DNA of 63,790 nt, counting the filler, from Octopus bimaculoides (Eukaryota): NCBI RefSeq assembly GCF_001194135.2. It is 7 parts of 5 records of this genome, joined end to end, with 100 filler letters (N's around TTAATTAATTAA, not from the genome) between each part and the next. Parts side by side here need not be neighbours in the genome. Positions count along the whole stretch, not along the records: positions 7,931 to 15,232 come from NC_068986.1; positions 15,333 to 17,997 come from NW_026308349.1; positions 18,098 to 44,852 come from NC_068981.1; 4 more parts are not named here. One strand, given 5' to 3'. Each line of letters opens with the position of its first letter. Position 1 is the stretch's first letter. Both the position numbers and the translations under genes were made by a program. The notes beneath the pieces were generated by a model that saw nothing but the letters and a program-made list of their open reading frames with translations, was not told the origin of the DNA and ran no database searches. Shown here in pieces: positions 11,890 through 25,871 of this stretch.

Positions 11890-12520
11890 TACTTTAGGTG
11901 TGCAGTGAGGATATGAATGCAAAGAGGGCAGCAAATATAGCAGTTTTCTCAGTGGCATATAGCTTAAAATGCCAATATTGTTGAGAAGTTAGAAAAGCTC
12001 CTTTTGGCAAGGAGACCAAAAGAATCGACCGCAGACTGGGAGGGGGACATAGCTTGCGATACACGATGGATTGCAAGTGCTGCAGGGTGGATAAAGCTCG
12101 TCCAAGCGTTGTCGGTCGTGTACTTTGCCTGAAGTGCTACAGTGCAACTTTGTGTTGTTATTTGTTTTTTCTTGTGGTTGGATGAATTCAGAGGATGATT
12201 TCAGTCAACTGCTTAGCTCTCTCTGATTGGACAGAGATTAAGAACATTTGCTGCCAAGAATAGGTAGCATGGAACTGGAAAATCTCCAACCAGTCAGCTC
12301 ACCAAATGTGACTTAGTGTCCGGTATTTGTAAGGAAAGTACGTTTAGTATATGAATGTGTAATTGATTGTTGAGATGGGCAGTGGCCAGATGGATCTGAG
12401 AGTTGCGGCGATGACGGTGAGTGGTATAGAAGCTGGGTTTGGAAGTTAGAAAAGATATTTTGTGTGTTTGGAGTGTATATGTGCCGCTCAAGTACACATG
12501 CAGTCCCAGCCCTTGACAAT
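11890..12520 (-). mobile_element. Degenerate Penelope-like element, GIY-YIG-end remnant
   Basis: Broken minus-strand frames resembling a PLE C-terminus (..SKC..QSER.L..LTE..). Many stops. Confidence 0.3.
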
Positions 12521-13329
12521 TGTTAAGGGTTGAAAATTTGGCTTTTCTGAATAATAGTTTTCTCTGAATAATAGCTTATAGGTTAATAAAAGTGATGCAT
12601 GGAGTCTAATTTGGATTCGAATTTACGAATATTTCAAATGAAGAATTGTTCAACGAATTCAATGTTATTTTTTAACAAAAACATTTAAATTACAGTACAG
12701 TATAACCAGCTGTCACTCGCTCGCGAGTGACGGCTTGATAATATGATTCATGCTTTCGATAATTGTTTGAGATTCCTTAAGGTTGCGAGCAGGCTTACAC
12801 ACCTTATCGGTCCATTCTTGTACGAGTGAGGCATTTAGGATGTGACCGGTGGAGGAAGAAAGAGTTACATCATCAACTAGCTGTTACTTATTTACATTTG
12901 AGTGTGATGGTGTATCGTGAAATCATCATAAACCCCGAACTGAGAGACTTATTCGAATGTTCATGACACAGTGAACCTTGCCTAAGGTTAATTTGGCTCA
13001 GATGCTTGCATTAAATTTCAGGAATGATGTCTTTTTTTTATCACACACAAACAAAAGATAAAAATAAATGGAACATCAAAGTAGTCGGTTGACCTACTAG
13101 AGGTTATCGGACTACATGGACACTTATAAAAAGAAAAACGTATGTATGTATACATATATAGATGAGTGTGTGTACGTGTGTGTATGAACGCGTGTGTGTA
13201 TGTGTGTGTGTGTATGCATCTTCGTCTTTATCTCTCACTTTGTGTGTGACTCATATTCTGTATACCACCCACTTTCATTATTTCAGAGAAAGGAAGTATG
13301 ATTTGATGTAATTTAGCTGCTATTTCTTG

Positions 13330-13407
<78 letters not shown>

Positions 13408-15969
13408 TGTGTGTGTTTGCATGTTTTGCATTCACATACGTATATAACTCTGATAGTACCGCTAAACATGCATTTACGCCATCTCCTTTTTAACAGTTTA
13501 GTATTTACCTGATGAAAAAAATATGCTTTTATAAAGTGGCATGTTTCAGGTTAAGTTTTTGAGCGATAATGAAAACTGGCAATAATTAATTGAAATGAAA
13601 TAGAGATGAGTTCCAGAAGGCATGACGCTCTAACTAGAATTAAATATAATATGAAGTTTCTTAGAAGACCACTAAGAATGTTGTTCGCTAGGTAGTGTGT
13701 CTTTGTGTGTGCTCAAGTTTGCTGTTCCGGTAAACCACATCTATACGTATATCAGTAGATGAATGTAGACAGAACGACAACTGACCGTTAGAGTCTCACT
13801 AATAACGAACACAGCGTACGCCGGTATGTTATTTAATATTGCTGTAAATGGACAATGCAACCAATGGCAAGCAATCAGCATTTACTTAATACACAAGAGT
13901 TCTGCAATAAAGTATGACCATTATTTGTGTTGATCCAAATTATAACTATCTTCCTATTGCTGTCCCTCTCTATCGATGTTTCTGTATTCATATGTGCCTC
14001 TCATTGTCTATCTCTCTTAATTCCAGAGAGAAAGATAGGCACGATAGAAAAATTAAAAGACACTGAAAAAGGAAAAACAAAGTTTGACATCATTTATACG
14101 TACCACCGCCATTATCACCACCGCTCTCTTGCTCTTCATGTTTCTTGATGTGTGTCTCTTGTTCATTCTTTAATGCTCTCTGCTCCACGATGCTAAAGAG
14201 TGGCAAACGGAGAGAAAGAATAGCAGGCAGATTAAAGAGAGCCTGAAAAAGAAAACAGAGAGTTTGACGTCACATAAACGTATTGGCACCATCATCATCA
14301 CTCGTATTCGTCTTTATCTTTTTCTTCGTGTGTGACTCATATTCTGAATACTACCTTTTCCCCTTATCTTAGAGCGAGTATGATTTGAGGGAATTTACCT
14401 GCTATTTCTAGTAGGTTGAGTGATTGTGTCATTTAATAGTTTGTATGTAAGTGTACATAAGGCATTTAACTAGCAAGCTCATTACACCCCACCCACCCCA
14501 CACAGAGCCAAATTAATTAATATAAACAACCATACGCAATGATTTACCATAAAGGAAAACTATCACTATCACTAGCTCTAATATTCAGCAATGTAGGTGT
14601 TCTAACACCCTTGGTCGCATTTAGTGACAATTATAGTTTATATGTGTGTGTGTGTCTGTGTGTGTGTTCATCACAAAACCTATTGTGCAGATATTTTTAA
14701 CGTAAACTTGTTTTTGCATGTCAGGGAAAGAAGGTAGCTCCCGTATAAAAAATAGCGGGTGCTCTGATAGTCACAAGAGGTAAGAGAGAAGTTAATATTC
14801 GAAGGAGAGGCATAACTCAAGTGCCTGAAACAGTGGACACGACTAAAGGAACCCAATGAAAATTTAGGTCTAATATGTTCTCCCTTAGACCGCGAAATGT
14901 TTATTTGAGAGAAATCAAAACTTCATTTTGAACAAGTCAGATGAATACATAAGCTGCTCTTTCACAGACTTCCTTTCACAAATACAATATTTTCTCAATT
15001 ATTGCATTGTTTCTCTTTTCACTCTTCAAATTTCAGTTAACCAACAAGGATTAATATTATTTATTACAGTGTTTTACATTTATCTTATGTTACTATAATA
15101 AGCGAGTTAGTGTTAATGAAGTGATTTCAAATGTTGGCACAAGGCCAGCAATTTTGCGTTTTGTGATCAAGGCGTTTTGTGATCAAGGCCTGAAATTTTG
15201 TCGGAGGGGCTAGTCAATAATATCGTCTCCAGNNNNNNNNNNNNNNNNNNNNNNNNNNNNNNNNNNNNNNNNNNNNTTAATTAATTAANNNNNNNNNNNN
15301 NNNNNNNNNNNNNNNNNNNNNNNNNNNNNNNNAATATGTTTATATTAAACAGGGACGGTTCAAAGAAAACCGTTATTTGAACAGCTTTACGGAACATATG
15401 GGAGAAAATCCTGTAGACCCCAAATTTAGTGTTTACCTACGTGAACTACAAAATGTAACGGACCCTCCCTTTTAAATGTTACTCCGTCTCAAAAGTCGGG
15501 GTTCGATTTATAAGACGACAACCGGAAGTGGCATCTTCAGAAATGTAATTAAAATGCTTTGATTCTGTTGTAAACATTAAAAGTGGTCGTTGCTGGTTGT
15601 CTTGGGAAATCACTTGCTTGAATGATATATATATATATATATATATATATGTATCTATAACCTGCTTGTTATTCCCTCACTTGTCTTTTGCTTTCTGTAC
15701 ATTTGAAAGACACACACACACACCATGTATACATATACATACATCTGCTTATAGGCAAAAACTAGTGAATTCTCTAGTAACGAGGAACCAATTGTAATTA
15801 TTTTACGTTGACTACTTTTAGGTTTACATGATGGATTGTTCAGTCCACTTGGTAACAGGTCTTACCCCTAAATATAGAAATATAAGATAAAACTACAATT
15901 TTTTTGTTTTTTCTTTTTCTAGTTTATTTTATATCTTCTTGCATTGTTCCGAGCTTACCCACCAAGCCT

Positions 15970-16003
<34 letters not shown>

Positions 16004-16650
16004 ATTATATGTATTTCTTCTATCTTAATGAATAATAATTCTTCGGATAGAATAAATGGGTTAATAGAAACCAATGTAGCAAAGAACACAAAATAACTTT
16101 GGTGTTGTTCCTGTTTTTTAAGGCAGGAACTCCTTGAAATTTTGGGTATTTGAGTCTATTTAAACATTTAAGGAATGGAGAAAACGCATGTTATAATTGC
16201 ATACTTTATTCCTACATATGTTTCAAAGGATTNNNNNNNNNNNNNNNNNNNNNNNNNNNNNNNNNNNNNNNNNNNNNNNNNNNNNNNNNNNNNNNNNNNN
16301 NNNNNNNNNNNNNNNNNNNNNNNNNNNNNNNNNNNNNNNNNNNNNNNNNNNNNNNNNNNNNNNNNNNNNNNNNNNNNNNNNNNNNNNNNNNNNNNNNNNN
16401 NNNNNNNNNNNNNNNNNNNNNNNNNNNNNNNNNNNNNNNNNNNNNNNNNNNNNNNNNNNNNNNNNNNNNNNNTATATATATATATATATTATGCTGATGG
16501 CAAAATAGGAAAAAATGGAACTCAAAATATGAGTATATGTATATTTTTTATTAATATTTAGCAGGAGTAACGGATTGACTCAAGGTCCGAAGGTAAGTGC
16601 CAACGCATGAAACAGTCGGGCCATGCGTTACTCTTTTACTTCTGCTAAAT

Positions 16651-16682
<32 letters not shown>

Positions 16683-18096
16683 GCACGCATACATATATTT
16701 ATTATTTTCTGGTCATGTCTGAGAGCAAAAAGATGAGAAACTTCCGTGACCTGACGCTAAATAGAAGATACTTTCGACTTCTGACCATAGTTCCGCCCAA
16801 TGAGGACTGACCCGGAATTAGCTCCAGGTCAGTCCTATAATTTAGAACTGATCTATAACTGCTAAATTCCGCCTCGGTTCTGGTTGGGTAGAATTATCAT
16901 CTAAAGTCTTGCAGCTATTTTCCCCTGGCATAATGTATCTGGGGCTACATTATTCAATGTGTCATATCTGTTTTCTTAAGACAATAGAATGTAAGTCGGG
17001 TGATATTTGGCTGCAGACATCGGTTTTGACAAGTTATTGGTTTATGCAGGGGAAAGCTTACACGAAACGAGGAATAGTAAGTAATCGAACGTAAATAATA
17101 GTCGTATTATTGTTGTCTAAGTGTCGCCAAGATCGACTTAGTCATTTTGTCTTCACAAGGAAAATAATATAAGCATCAGTAATATACCCGTATCCATTCA
17201 TTGAACCGTGAGTTGACCAAACAGAAAATCAATATTCCCTAATCCAATTATAGGAAATGCGAAATTTCGTCTTTATATATAGTTTATGACTAACCTATAT
17301 CCGGTTAGATGGTCTTTTCTTTAACAGATGTAAATATTGGAAATTGTGTGTCTGTATGTGAAATATGGACCCTCATGTAAAAACGTTCTAAGAGCCTAAC
17401 TTCCATAGTGTATCAATTTCCTAGGACCAACTTTCAAGCATGGCTGTTGCGTGCATGTGGTTTTACTCCACGTTAGTCCTAATTGAGCAGACGTATAATC
17501 AAATCATTCCTGCTATAGCCATACTGTCGTTATTTCGACAGCGTATCCAGGTTATCCAGTATGCATTTTCTCCATTTTTTTTAAACGAGACATTAATATG
17601 GTGTGATTTGAGTTTAATTTGGTTTTGATATTTCTTGCAAGTAGAGTGATTACTTAGAGCCCCTATCATTATCTCACGAACAATACTATTTTGTTTAAAT
17701 AAATGCCGACGTCCTATCACTTCCACTTCTGTCATCACGTCCGCCAGACTATAATGAGTTTTGAATCAGATCCTTTCCAAGAACATACATAATAAAGTCC
17801 CTCCCAACCCATAAATTTGACTATAATTTCCGTTGGTTTTATCCCTCGCTATTCATTGTAGTTGTTTTGTACCCACGGTTCTTTTTCTTTTTAACCAACC
17901 CAGCCGTCTGTGCTGTATTTACCCCCTTCCACCCTCATCTCTCTCATCGATTTTAAACTTGTTTATTCTCTACCAGTTGCACTTATATATATATATANNN
18001 NNNNNNNNNNNNNNNNNNNNNNNNNNNNNNNNNNNNNNNNNTTAATTAATTAANNNNNNNNNNNNNNNNNNNNNNNNNNNNNNNNNNNNNNNNNNN

Positions 18097-18465
18097 NGCC
18101 ACGCTCGAAATGGTGTCTTTTATGTGCCACCCGCACAAGCCAGTCCAGGGGCACTGGCAACGATCTCGCTCGAAAATCCTACAGGAGCCAGTCAGGCGGC
18201 ACTGGCAACGGCCACGCTCAAAATGGTGCATCTCATGTGCCACCCGCACAAGAACCAGTCCAGGGGCACTGGCAACGATCTTACTTGGCTTGCCGGGTCT
18301 TCTCATGCACAGCACATTTCCAAAGGTCTCGGTCAGTAGTCATCGCCTCGGTGAGGCCCAATGTACGAAGGTCTTGCCTCACCACCTCAGCCCAGGTCTT
18401 CCTGGGCCTACCTCTTCCACGGGTTCCCTCAACTGTTAGGGTGTGGCACTTTTTCACGCAGCTTT
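18097..18465 (-). mobile_element. RTE-clade LINE 3' end (ORF C-terminus plus repeated 3' UTR)
   Basis: Minus frame SCVKKCHTLTVEGTRGRGRPRKTWAEVVRQDLRTLGLTEAMTTDRDLWKCAVHEKTRQAK* has the RTE-type RGRPRKTW motif. The UTR contains repeated GTGCCACCCGCACAAG..CCAGTCCAGGGGCACTGGCAACG units. Confidence 0.8.
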
Positions 18466-19110
18466 TATATATATATAAATATATATATATATATTGTGGT
18501 ATTTATTCCATCCTGAGTTCAAATCCCACATAAGTAATTTTATTCTTCCTGCAATGGCAGTTCCTTTGTGTCTGAAGATCACGAGGAAGAGTGACACACC
18601 CTCAAGTGGCTATGTAAACTGATCCTTGAAACTTCAGGGCTTTTTCTCCTGCCTGTGCTTAGTAGTTTTAAAGTGAGAGTCAGTCCATGGAAGTCACTCT
18701 TTAGGCTTGGAATTGTGACCATAATGGCTCAGTAGATGGAGGTCTGACCACAGTGGCTCAGTGGGTAGATGTCTGACCACAGTGGCTCAGTAGACTAAGA
18801 CAGCTGCAGTGTCCAGCAAGCTGTAACTCTTACATTGGAGTGGCCTTCTAGCTGAATTGTATGACAGGGCTGGAGAGCTCCACTTACCCAGGAGTTGCCA
18901 TAAAGGTGTCAAAGTGGGCACTGGACTGCCTGAGTGACTCCGCTTTCTGATTTGCTCTCAAGGTTGACTCCTGGTTCTTTCTTTTCCCAAAGCACTCATA
19001 AGGCAGTGAGGTGAGACCATTGTTGCCACCACAAAAAAAGGCAGAGAGAAGAGGCATATCACCTGTGGGTCAGTAGTTGGAGGTTGCTAGGTGACCTTTC
19101 CTGGATACAG

Positions 19111-19149
<39 letters not shown>

Positions 19150-19152
<3 letters not shown>

Positions 19153-19740
19153 CACCACCATCCCCAGTGTGAGAGAAATACTCTGTTGTGGGTCTCACCT
19201 AAGCTTTGTAGAGTGTCACTAATTGTTGGGGGCAGAAATATCATCTGGTTCTGAAGAGAAAGGCCAGTTGTTGGGATGCAATCCCAGGTTTGCAAGGTAT
19301 GTGTTTCTGCCAAGAGAGATTCTTAGTGATGCTAGTAATAAGAATAGCTTTGAGGGCTTCAGCTGAGTACTGCTCAGGATTAAGAGGTGTGGGAGTGTGG
19401 TGCAATGAGGTGTTCTTGATATGAGCAGTGTTTGTGTTGTCTTGCAATTGAAAGAGACACGATTAACATAGCTCCAATGGAGGAGGCTTTGAGATCTCTG
19501 TGTTGAATCAATGCAAATCTGACATGTGGTTCTAGGTTGCGAGTGGTTGATGCATGGCTGGAGAACGTTAGGCAAGAAATAAAGAGTGTTATCTGTGTGT
19601 GGGTTTTGTTGTATGCAAGTAAGTCATTGGTGCATAAAAAACCCAGAAAGTTGGGGAACAAAACTGAACCATGGGGTATGCCAGAATATATACATAAGCA
19701 GAAACATTAAATTGACAGAATGAAGGAGGGAGAAAAAGAG
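19150..19740 (-). mobile_element. Degenerate CR1/L2/Jockey-group LINE reverse-transcriptase remnant
   Basis: Minus frames SGIPHGSVLFP (approx. SGVPQGSVL.P), NDL, HWSYVNRVSFNCKTTQTLLIS, LSWQKHI, LAFLFRTR. Frameshifted. Confidence 0.65.
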
Positions 19741-20143
19741 CTCTATCTTCACACACATCAATAGTGTGATCTGCTACCTAGTGTCTAGTCCAAGAGATGA
19801 GTGAAGATAGCATTTCAGGTGCTTGACAGAGAAAAATGCTTTATATCAAGGATGACAACATTACTTTAACCAAATTCCTCTAAGGCAAGTGCTCTCTGGT
19901 GGTGTCAGAGAGAAGCAGGCCATCACCGGCTTCACAGAAACTGTACTAGTGGCTGTACAATAGATAAATATCAATGTTAAATTCTGCAGTATAATACCAC
20001 ATTACTTGCATTCTTTTTTGTTTATGGTTATTAAAAAAATACATTTTAGAAAGATTTAGTAATACTGAACAGTGGAAAAAAAAACTAGTGCAGATTATGA
20101 AAAAAGAATAAAAATAATATGAAACAAAAATAGTAATACTTAC

Positions 20144-20146
20144 AAA
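20144..20146 (-). CDS. Possible 3-nt microexon (TTT, Phe)
   Basis: Minus strand ...ATTTCATTTTCTTTCATATTGCAATTTGGCTATACCAG|TTT|GTAAGTA. Same architecture as the G and Y microexons, but no flanking exon is available to anchor it. Confidence 0.3.
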
Positions 20147-21984
20147 CTGGTATAGCCAAATTGCAATATGAAAGAAAATGAAATTTAATTTAGATATGGG
20201 AATATAATGAAATTTAGAATAAAATTTAAATGTTCAAAATAATCTTTATTAGCATTATACGACATGGGTTATTCCATAATAGAATAGTTTAATTATATGA
20301 ATGTACATAAAATATTGATTTCTTATATACAACACAAAATTATAAGCCTGAAGTTTGGAAATTCATGCTTTTCCAAAAGATAAATGAAGAGATATAGCTA
20401 CATCTGGGAATCAAAATTGGTTTGCAGTAAAATAATTCCTATCATGCATAACTGATGCAAAAATAATGATTATTATTATTATTTTCTTTTGTAAAGCTAA
20501 GTAGTTTGATCATTTGCATGGATCACAATATATCATAGGCATCTATTTTACCAATCTACTCAAAGAAAGGGCAGAACTGGCCATCGTTAAGATCTGAACT
20601 GCAAACCATGAGTCACTGTATTAGATACTCTCAGCTAGCTCATCTGTAGCATATAACGTGAACATGAATTGCCTCCCTTGGTGATTGATGGTTTAAAACT
20701 TGTACAAGTTCCATAGAATAATTTGCATGACAGATTATGGACTATACTGTATTTAGGTACAAAGAAAAAAAGTTCATACAGATTTTCAAATTTTTCAAAT
20801 ATATTAAATAGATGTTTAGTGATTATCCTCTTTTTCCCTACCCTCAAAATAGAACAATCTTTTCAAAAATAGCAATCTCCCTTTCGACTATTTTTTTTTC
20901 TAATTTGGGCATTAGGAGCTGAATAGCAAAAGAAAACCAGTTGTACAGTAAAAATGGGTTAACACTGCAACAGCTGAGTGCTAATCCAATTAAATTAAGC
21001 AGAGAAAATGCTGAGATGGATAAATTACTGTTTTATAAATTACAAACATCATGACAAATGTCAGGAGTTAGAGAGCAATTAGTTTTTGTAATGGGTGATC
21101 CTGCACAAAAAGGATATTATAAGTTGAGGCACCATATATAGAACTAGTGTCATAATGGGAGAATACATGCAACCAAAGCTCATTGTCATATGTGGTCAGA
21201 GAACGTTGTATCAAGATTTACAAGGTAATGATGTATTATATACATAGAACTGTCGATTATCAACTCAATTTTGTGATCCCGGTAACTGTGACTGCCACAA
21301 ACTATGTAGAGTCAATTGTAATACAATGTAGATGCAAAGATGTATGGATCTAACAATGCTATGATTCATGGTTATGTTAGGATTCCATTTATGGAAGAAA
21401 GAAAAATCAGAAAACTATATAGAAGATATTTTTTTTACTGTAATCATCATCATTGTCATCATAATAATAACAATGATTTCAAATTTTGGCACAAGGCCAG
21501 CAATTTTGGGGCAGGAGTAAGTCAATTACATTGACTCCAGTACTCAACTGGTACTTATGTTATCGACATCTTGAAAGAATGAAAGGCAAATTCAAATAAC
21601 AACAAGAGCACTCAGAGAGTGCAAATCTCTGCCAAAGCAAAAGCAATGTCCTCTCAACGATTAGCCGAAGATGATTTTTAAAATCAGAATATCTGAAATA
21701 AACTTGACTGCTCTCACAAATGGGAATACTGAAAATGAACCCAACCACTCTCAAAAATTAGGTAATAAAATAGAAAAAAATAATCCAGAATCCTTGTCCG
21801 GTACTGGCTCGATCACCACATCTAATCAGTTTGTGCCAGTCACAAGGCCAAACAACCTTAAAAGTTTCATCCAAATCCATCCAGGGGTTCTTGAGATACC
21901 TTGTCCAGAGACAAGCAGACAAACATGACTGAAAACAATACCTCCGCCTTCGCTAAGACAGAGGTAATAATGCTTTCTACTAAA

Positions 21985-22185
21985 AACACAAGGACTGAAA
22001 TTTTAAGGGAAGGAGCAAGTCAATTATGTTGACCCCAGTACATAACTGGGACTTATTTCATCAATCCTGAAAGAATGAAAGACAAAGTCGACCTCAGCAG
22101 AACTTGAACTCAGAACGTAAGGACGGACGAAATGCCACTAAGCATTTTGTCCAGCATACTAATGATTCTACCAGTTCGCTACCTT
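21985..22185 (-). mobile_element. SINE family B
   Basis: A-box-like TAGAATCATTAG, B-box GAGTTCAAGTTC and the family B core. Further copies lie at about 15110-15232, 21475-21600, 25690-25865, 34295-34505 and 55740-55890. Confidence 0.75.
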
Positions 22186-22617
22186 AATGATAGCAATGAT
22201 GGACTCTCCCATCAAAGATAACGTATGAGTATTCAACCTTTGTCAAATGACCTGCACAAAAGATTTGTTTATAGTGATCAAATGTCTGTGCTGCACATTA
22301 GCTCACTCTCTCCATCAAATCGATATTGTCTCAACAGGTGCACAGCGTACTACACCTCAGGTGTGAAAGTGATCACAGAAGAATGTGAGATTAAGTGCTT
22401 CGCTCACGAACACAATGCACCGCCAAGTCTAGGAACTGAAATCCTGATCACCGGATCGGGAGTGCAACAACCTAATAATTAACAACAATAATGTTCACTT
22501 TTCTATGCTTTCACAGGTCAGATGAAATTTGAGGCAAATTATTTTTATTTTGGAATAAACTGCAGGTAATGATGACCGAAATGAAGGTAACAGGGTTGTT
22601 ATGCTGAGAAAAAATGG

Positions 22618-23014
22618 TTTTACTCTTTTACTCTTTTACTTGTTTCAGTCTTTTGACTGTGGCCATGCTGGAGCACTGCCTTTAGTCGAGCAAATTGACC
22701 CCAGGACTTATTCTTTAGAAGCCTAGTACTTATTCTATCGATCTCTTTTGCCGAACCACTAAGTTACGGCGACATAAACACACCAGCATCGGTTGTCAAG
22801 CGATGTTGGGGGGGAAAAACATAGACACACAAACACACATACATATATACGACGGGCTTCTTTCAGTTTCCGTCTACCAAATCCACTCACAAGGCTTTAG
22901 TCGGCCTGAGGCAATAGTAGAAGACACTTGCCCAAGATGTCACGCAGTGGGACTGAACCCAGAACCATGTGGTTGGTAAGCAAGCTACTTACCACACAGC
23001 CACTCCTATGCCTA
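22618..23014 (-). mobile_element. Full-length tRNA-derived SINE family A
   Basis: Minus strand 5' AGGCATAGGAGTGGCTGTGTGGTAAG (A box TGGCTGTGTGG), GGTTCAGTCCC (B box), a central microsatellite and a (GTAAAAGA)n tail. Partial copies lie at about 3540-3700, 4850-5025, 27405-27570, 28680-28890, 43600-44190 and 63580-63720. Confidence 0.88.
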
Positions 23015-24426
23015 TTTCCTCATGGTTTTTATTATCAATCTCATCAGCTGTTGTGGTAGCCAATGACTAGCTTGGAGTCAGTTCTGGTCAAGTAGGCATG
23101 ATCACTTATGACCATCTTATCAGTTTTTCAATTGCGGTGCTTTTAGTACTACACTATCCAATGTGCTCTGTCATCTTTGTGTTCTTTTTTTTGTTTTTGA
23201 GTTTGTCGGGTGATGAAATGAGGGAAACGTGGTTGCTGTTTCTAGCCTGTCAGGTGATTAGAGTCTCTTTCAGTGTCCTTCAATGATAGGCAAACTAAAT
23301 GTTTTACAATACTTTGTTTCCCTCCTAAACCATTGAGTTTAAATTCTACCGTGGCTGGCTTTCTGTTATTCTATTGAATACATACAAGGATCATTTTAGT
23401 TGACAATTAAACTGTAGCCATCACAGGCAGGCTTTTGCTTATTGTTTTGGGTATCTATGCAGTTGTTGGCAGACCCAGACACTGTTTCAGCTTTCCCACA
23501 CTTTGATCCAGAGGAACATAAGAGATGTGACAGCTAGGGGGAGGAAGAGCTGCACTAGCACAAAGCTGGTATTAAATTTCAGTTCAACAGAATGGAATAA
23601 TATCAAATGAAGTGTATTTTTCAAGGACACAATACACTACTAGATCCAGAAACTGAACCCGTCACATTATGATTGTGAGCCCAACATCCTAACCACCAGG
23701 CCACATGCCTTCAACCCTCTCTTACAATCAGCATTCACATCAAGATTATCATAATCGCCATCATAATAAACATTTTGTGTCTATTCTAGAGAGATAAAAT
23801 TATGTGCAATCAAATGTTTTGCTTAAATAATACCACACAACTCCAATAATAAGATATGATGCCATGTACTCTGAGCCATCTTGTAATATATTGTTTTATT
23901 CATGAAAACAAAAATTGTAAAAAAAGAATTAAAAAAAAATTACACTAATGATTTTACAATTAAGAGGTTAATGATAAAGAAGACATCTGTTGTTAAAACA
24001 TTGCAGTGGAAGAAACTTTTTAAGCAAACATGTAAGAGATATTATGTATTTATGACAGTCAATAAGGTTTACTGATTAATTTTAGTGTAATGTTTAAGAA
24101 ACAAACTGATTCTTTGCCAGAAGCTGAAGCAAGTTAGGAATGAAATACCACATGAAAAGTGGTGATTAAGAAAGAGTAGAAAGAATTGAATCAAAGATTA
24201 TATGTGGAACCAGAACAAACAGCATGTATCTTTAATAGTAAATGATATGTCAGGTTGTCATTGTTGTTGTGACTGCTGTTGAGTAACTGTGTTAAATAGT
24301 AAGATGATAAGCTTTGGGATAAATGCATAATCATAACAGTTGTAAAATATTCAACATTCCAAGAAATTATGATAGGGGTAGAGGGAGAGAAAAAGGCTGT
24401 CTACAAGTAGTTACCAATGTTACTTG

Positions 24427-24466
<40 letters not shown>

Positions 24467-25871
24467 GAGAGAGCAGGGGAGAAATGTGTCTAGTAAATCC
24501 TGATAACATAATGATATTATTATAGAGCAGTTAGCCGTATCTTTGGCGAATAGTGGGAACCAGGATATTTTGTGTGAGTAGTTAATGGAACTGATGAAAA
24601 GATGCAAGCCAGGAGGTTTTTGAATGGAAACAAATGAATAATTAAATAGCAAAGTTTTGCTGTACCGCTAAACTAACAAACTGAAACTTGTAATTATAGC
24701 AATTACAGACAAGAAAATATCTGCCTGCACTCGGTGATATACTAAAATATGAATAGTGTTTGAGGTTTTCTCTCCCCAAATAAATGAGGCACAAAAAAGA
24801 AACAAGAGTCACTTTTAGATTTTTTTTTTTTTTAATTTTTTTTTCCCCTCCTATTCATTTTCTTTGTTGTGGTTGAGATAATTATAAGCTTAGCAAATTG
24901 TGAGTCGGCAGATTTCTCCAGAGGCAAACCAAAGAAAGGTTTGGCAAATGTTGGAAATCCTTATGATTTATTTATTTATTTATTTATTTTTTTTCTTTTT
25001 CTAATGCATTATGAGAATCAACAAATACATTGTAGTATGCAATTCCCAGTGGAACTTAGACAGAAATCAATATTATTTTTTTTTTTTTCATTTCTTTTTA
25101 CTTTGATAAAGCTTGACGAGTAGTGCTGTTGTTATGACTGTTTAGCCTCAGGTCAGCCCTGGTACTACACAATAATAATTAAAGGCATTCCAGCTGTAAT
25201 CCCCATCAACATTTTTTTCCCCTGTGCATAGTATAGCTGGGACAGCATTATTCAGATAGACAGAAGAGTGTTGTAATATGTATTACATTTGGCTGCTATT
25301 TCTAGTAAGTTGGTTGACTACATTAGAGGCTTCTCTGTTAGTTCAGGATGGTCAGAAATGGTAGAGATCTAAAGAAGTTGCTTATGCTATCTTGTTTCAA
25401 ATTCTGCTTGCACTGACTTAGCTTTTCATATCTCTGGATCCAATAAAATGAGTAGCATTGTTTTGATAGCCACATTTCCATGCTTGCATGTGTTTGACAA
25501 AATTCATTGAGATGGAGGTAGGTAAAACGAGTGTGGAACCTGTTTGTCAGCTAAACAGGCTGAGGCAATTAAGAGGTATTGCTTGCTTTGTTCTGCAGTA
25601 CCATATAATAACTACAGTGAAGCTTTAACTTATTATGTAATCAGTAATCCTTGATCATAACCTCATACTGTACTTCATCCACATCATCATTATTTGACCC
25701 TAAAAGGATGAAAGGCAAAGTCGACCTTGGAGTCCAGAATCTGCCATGGTTGACTTTGCCTTTCATCTTTTTGAGGTTGATAAAATATGTATCAGATGAG
25801 CACTGGAGTTGATGCAATCAATTAGTCCTCTCCTCCCAAATTTCAGGCATAACACCTATAGTAGAAACGTT

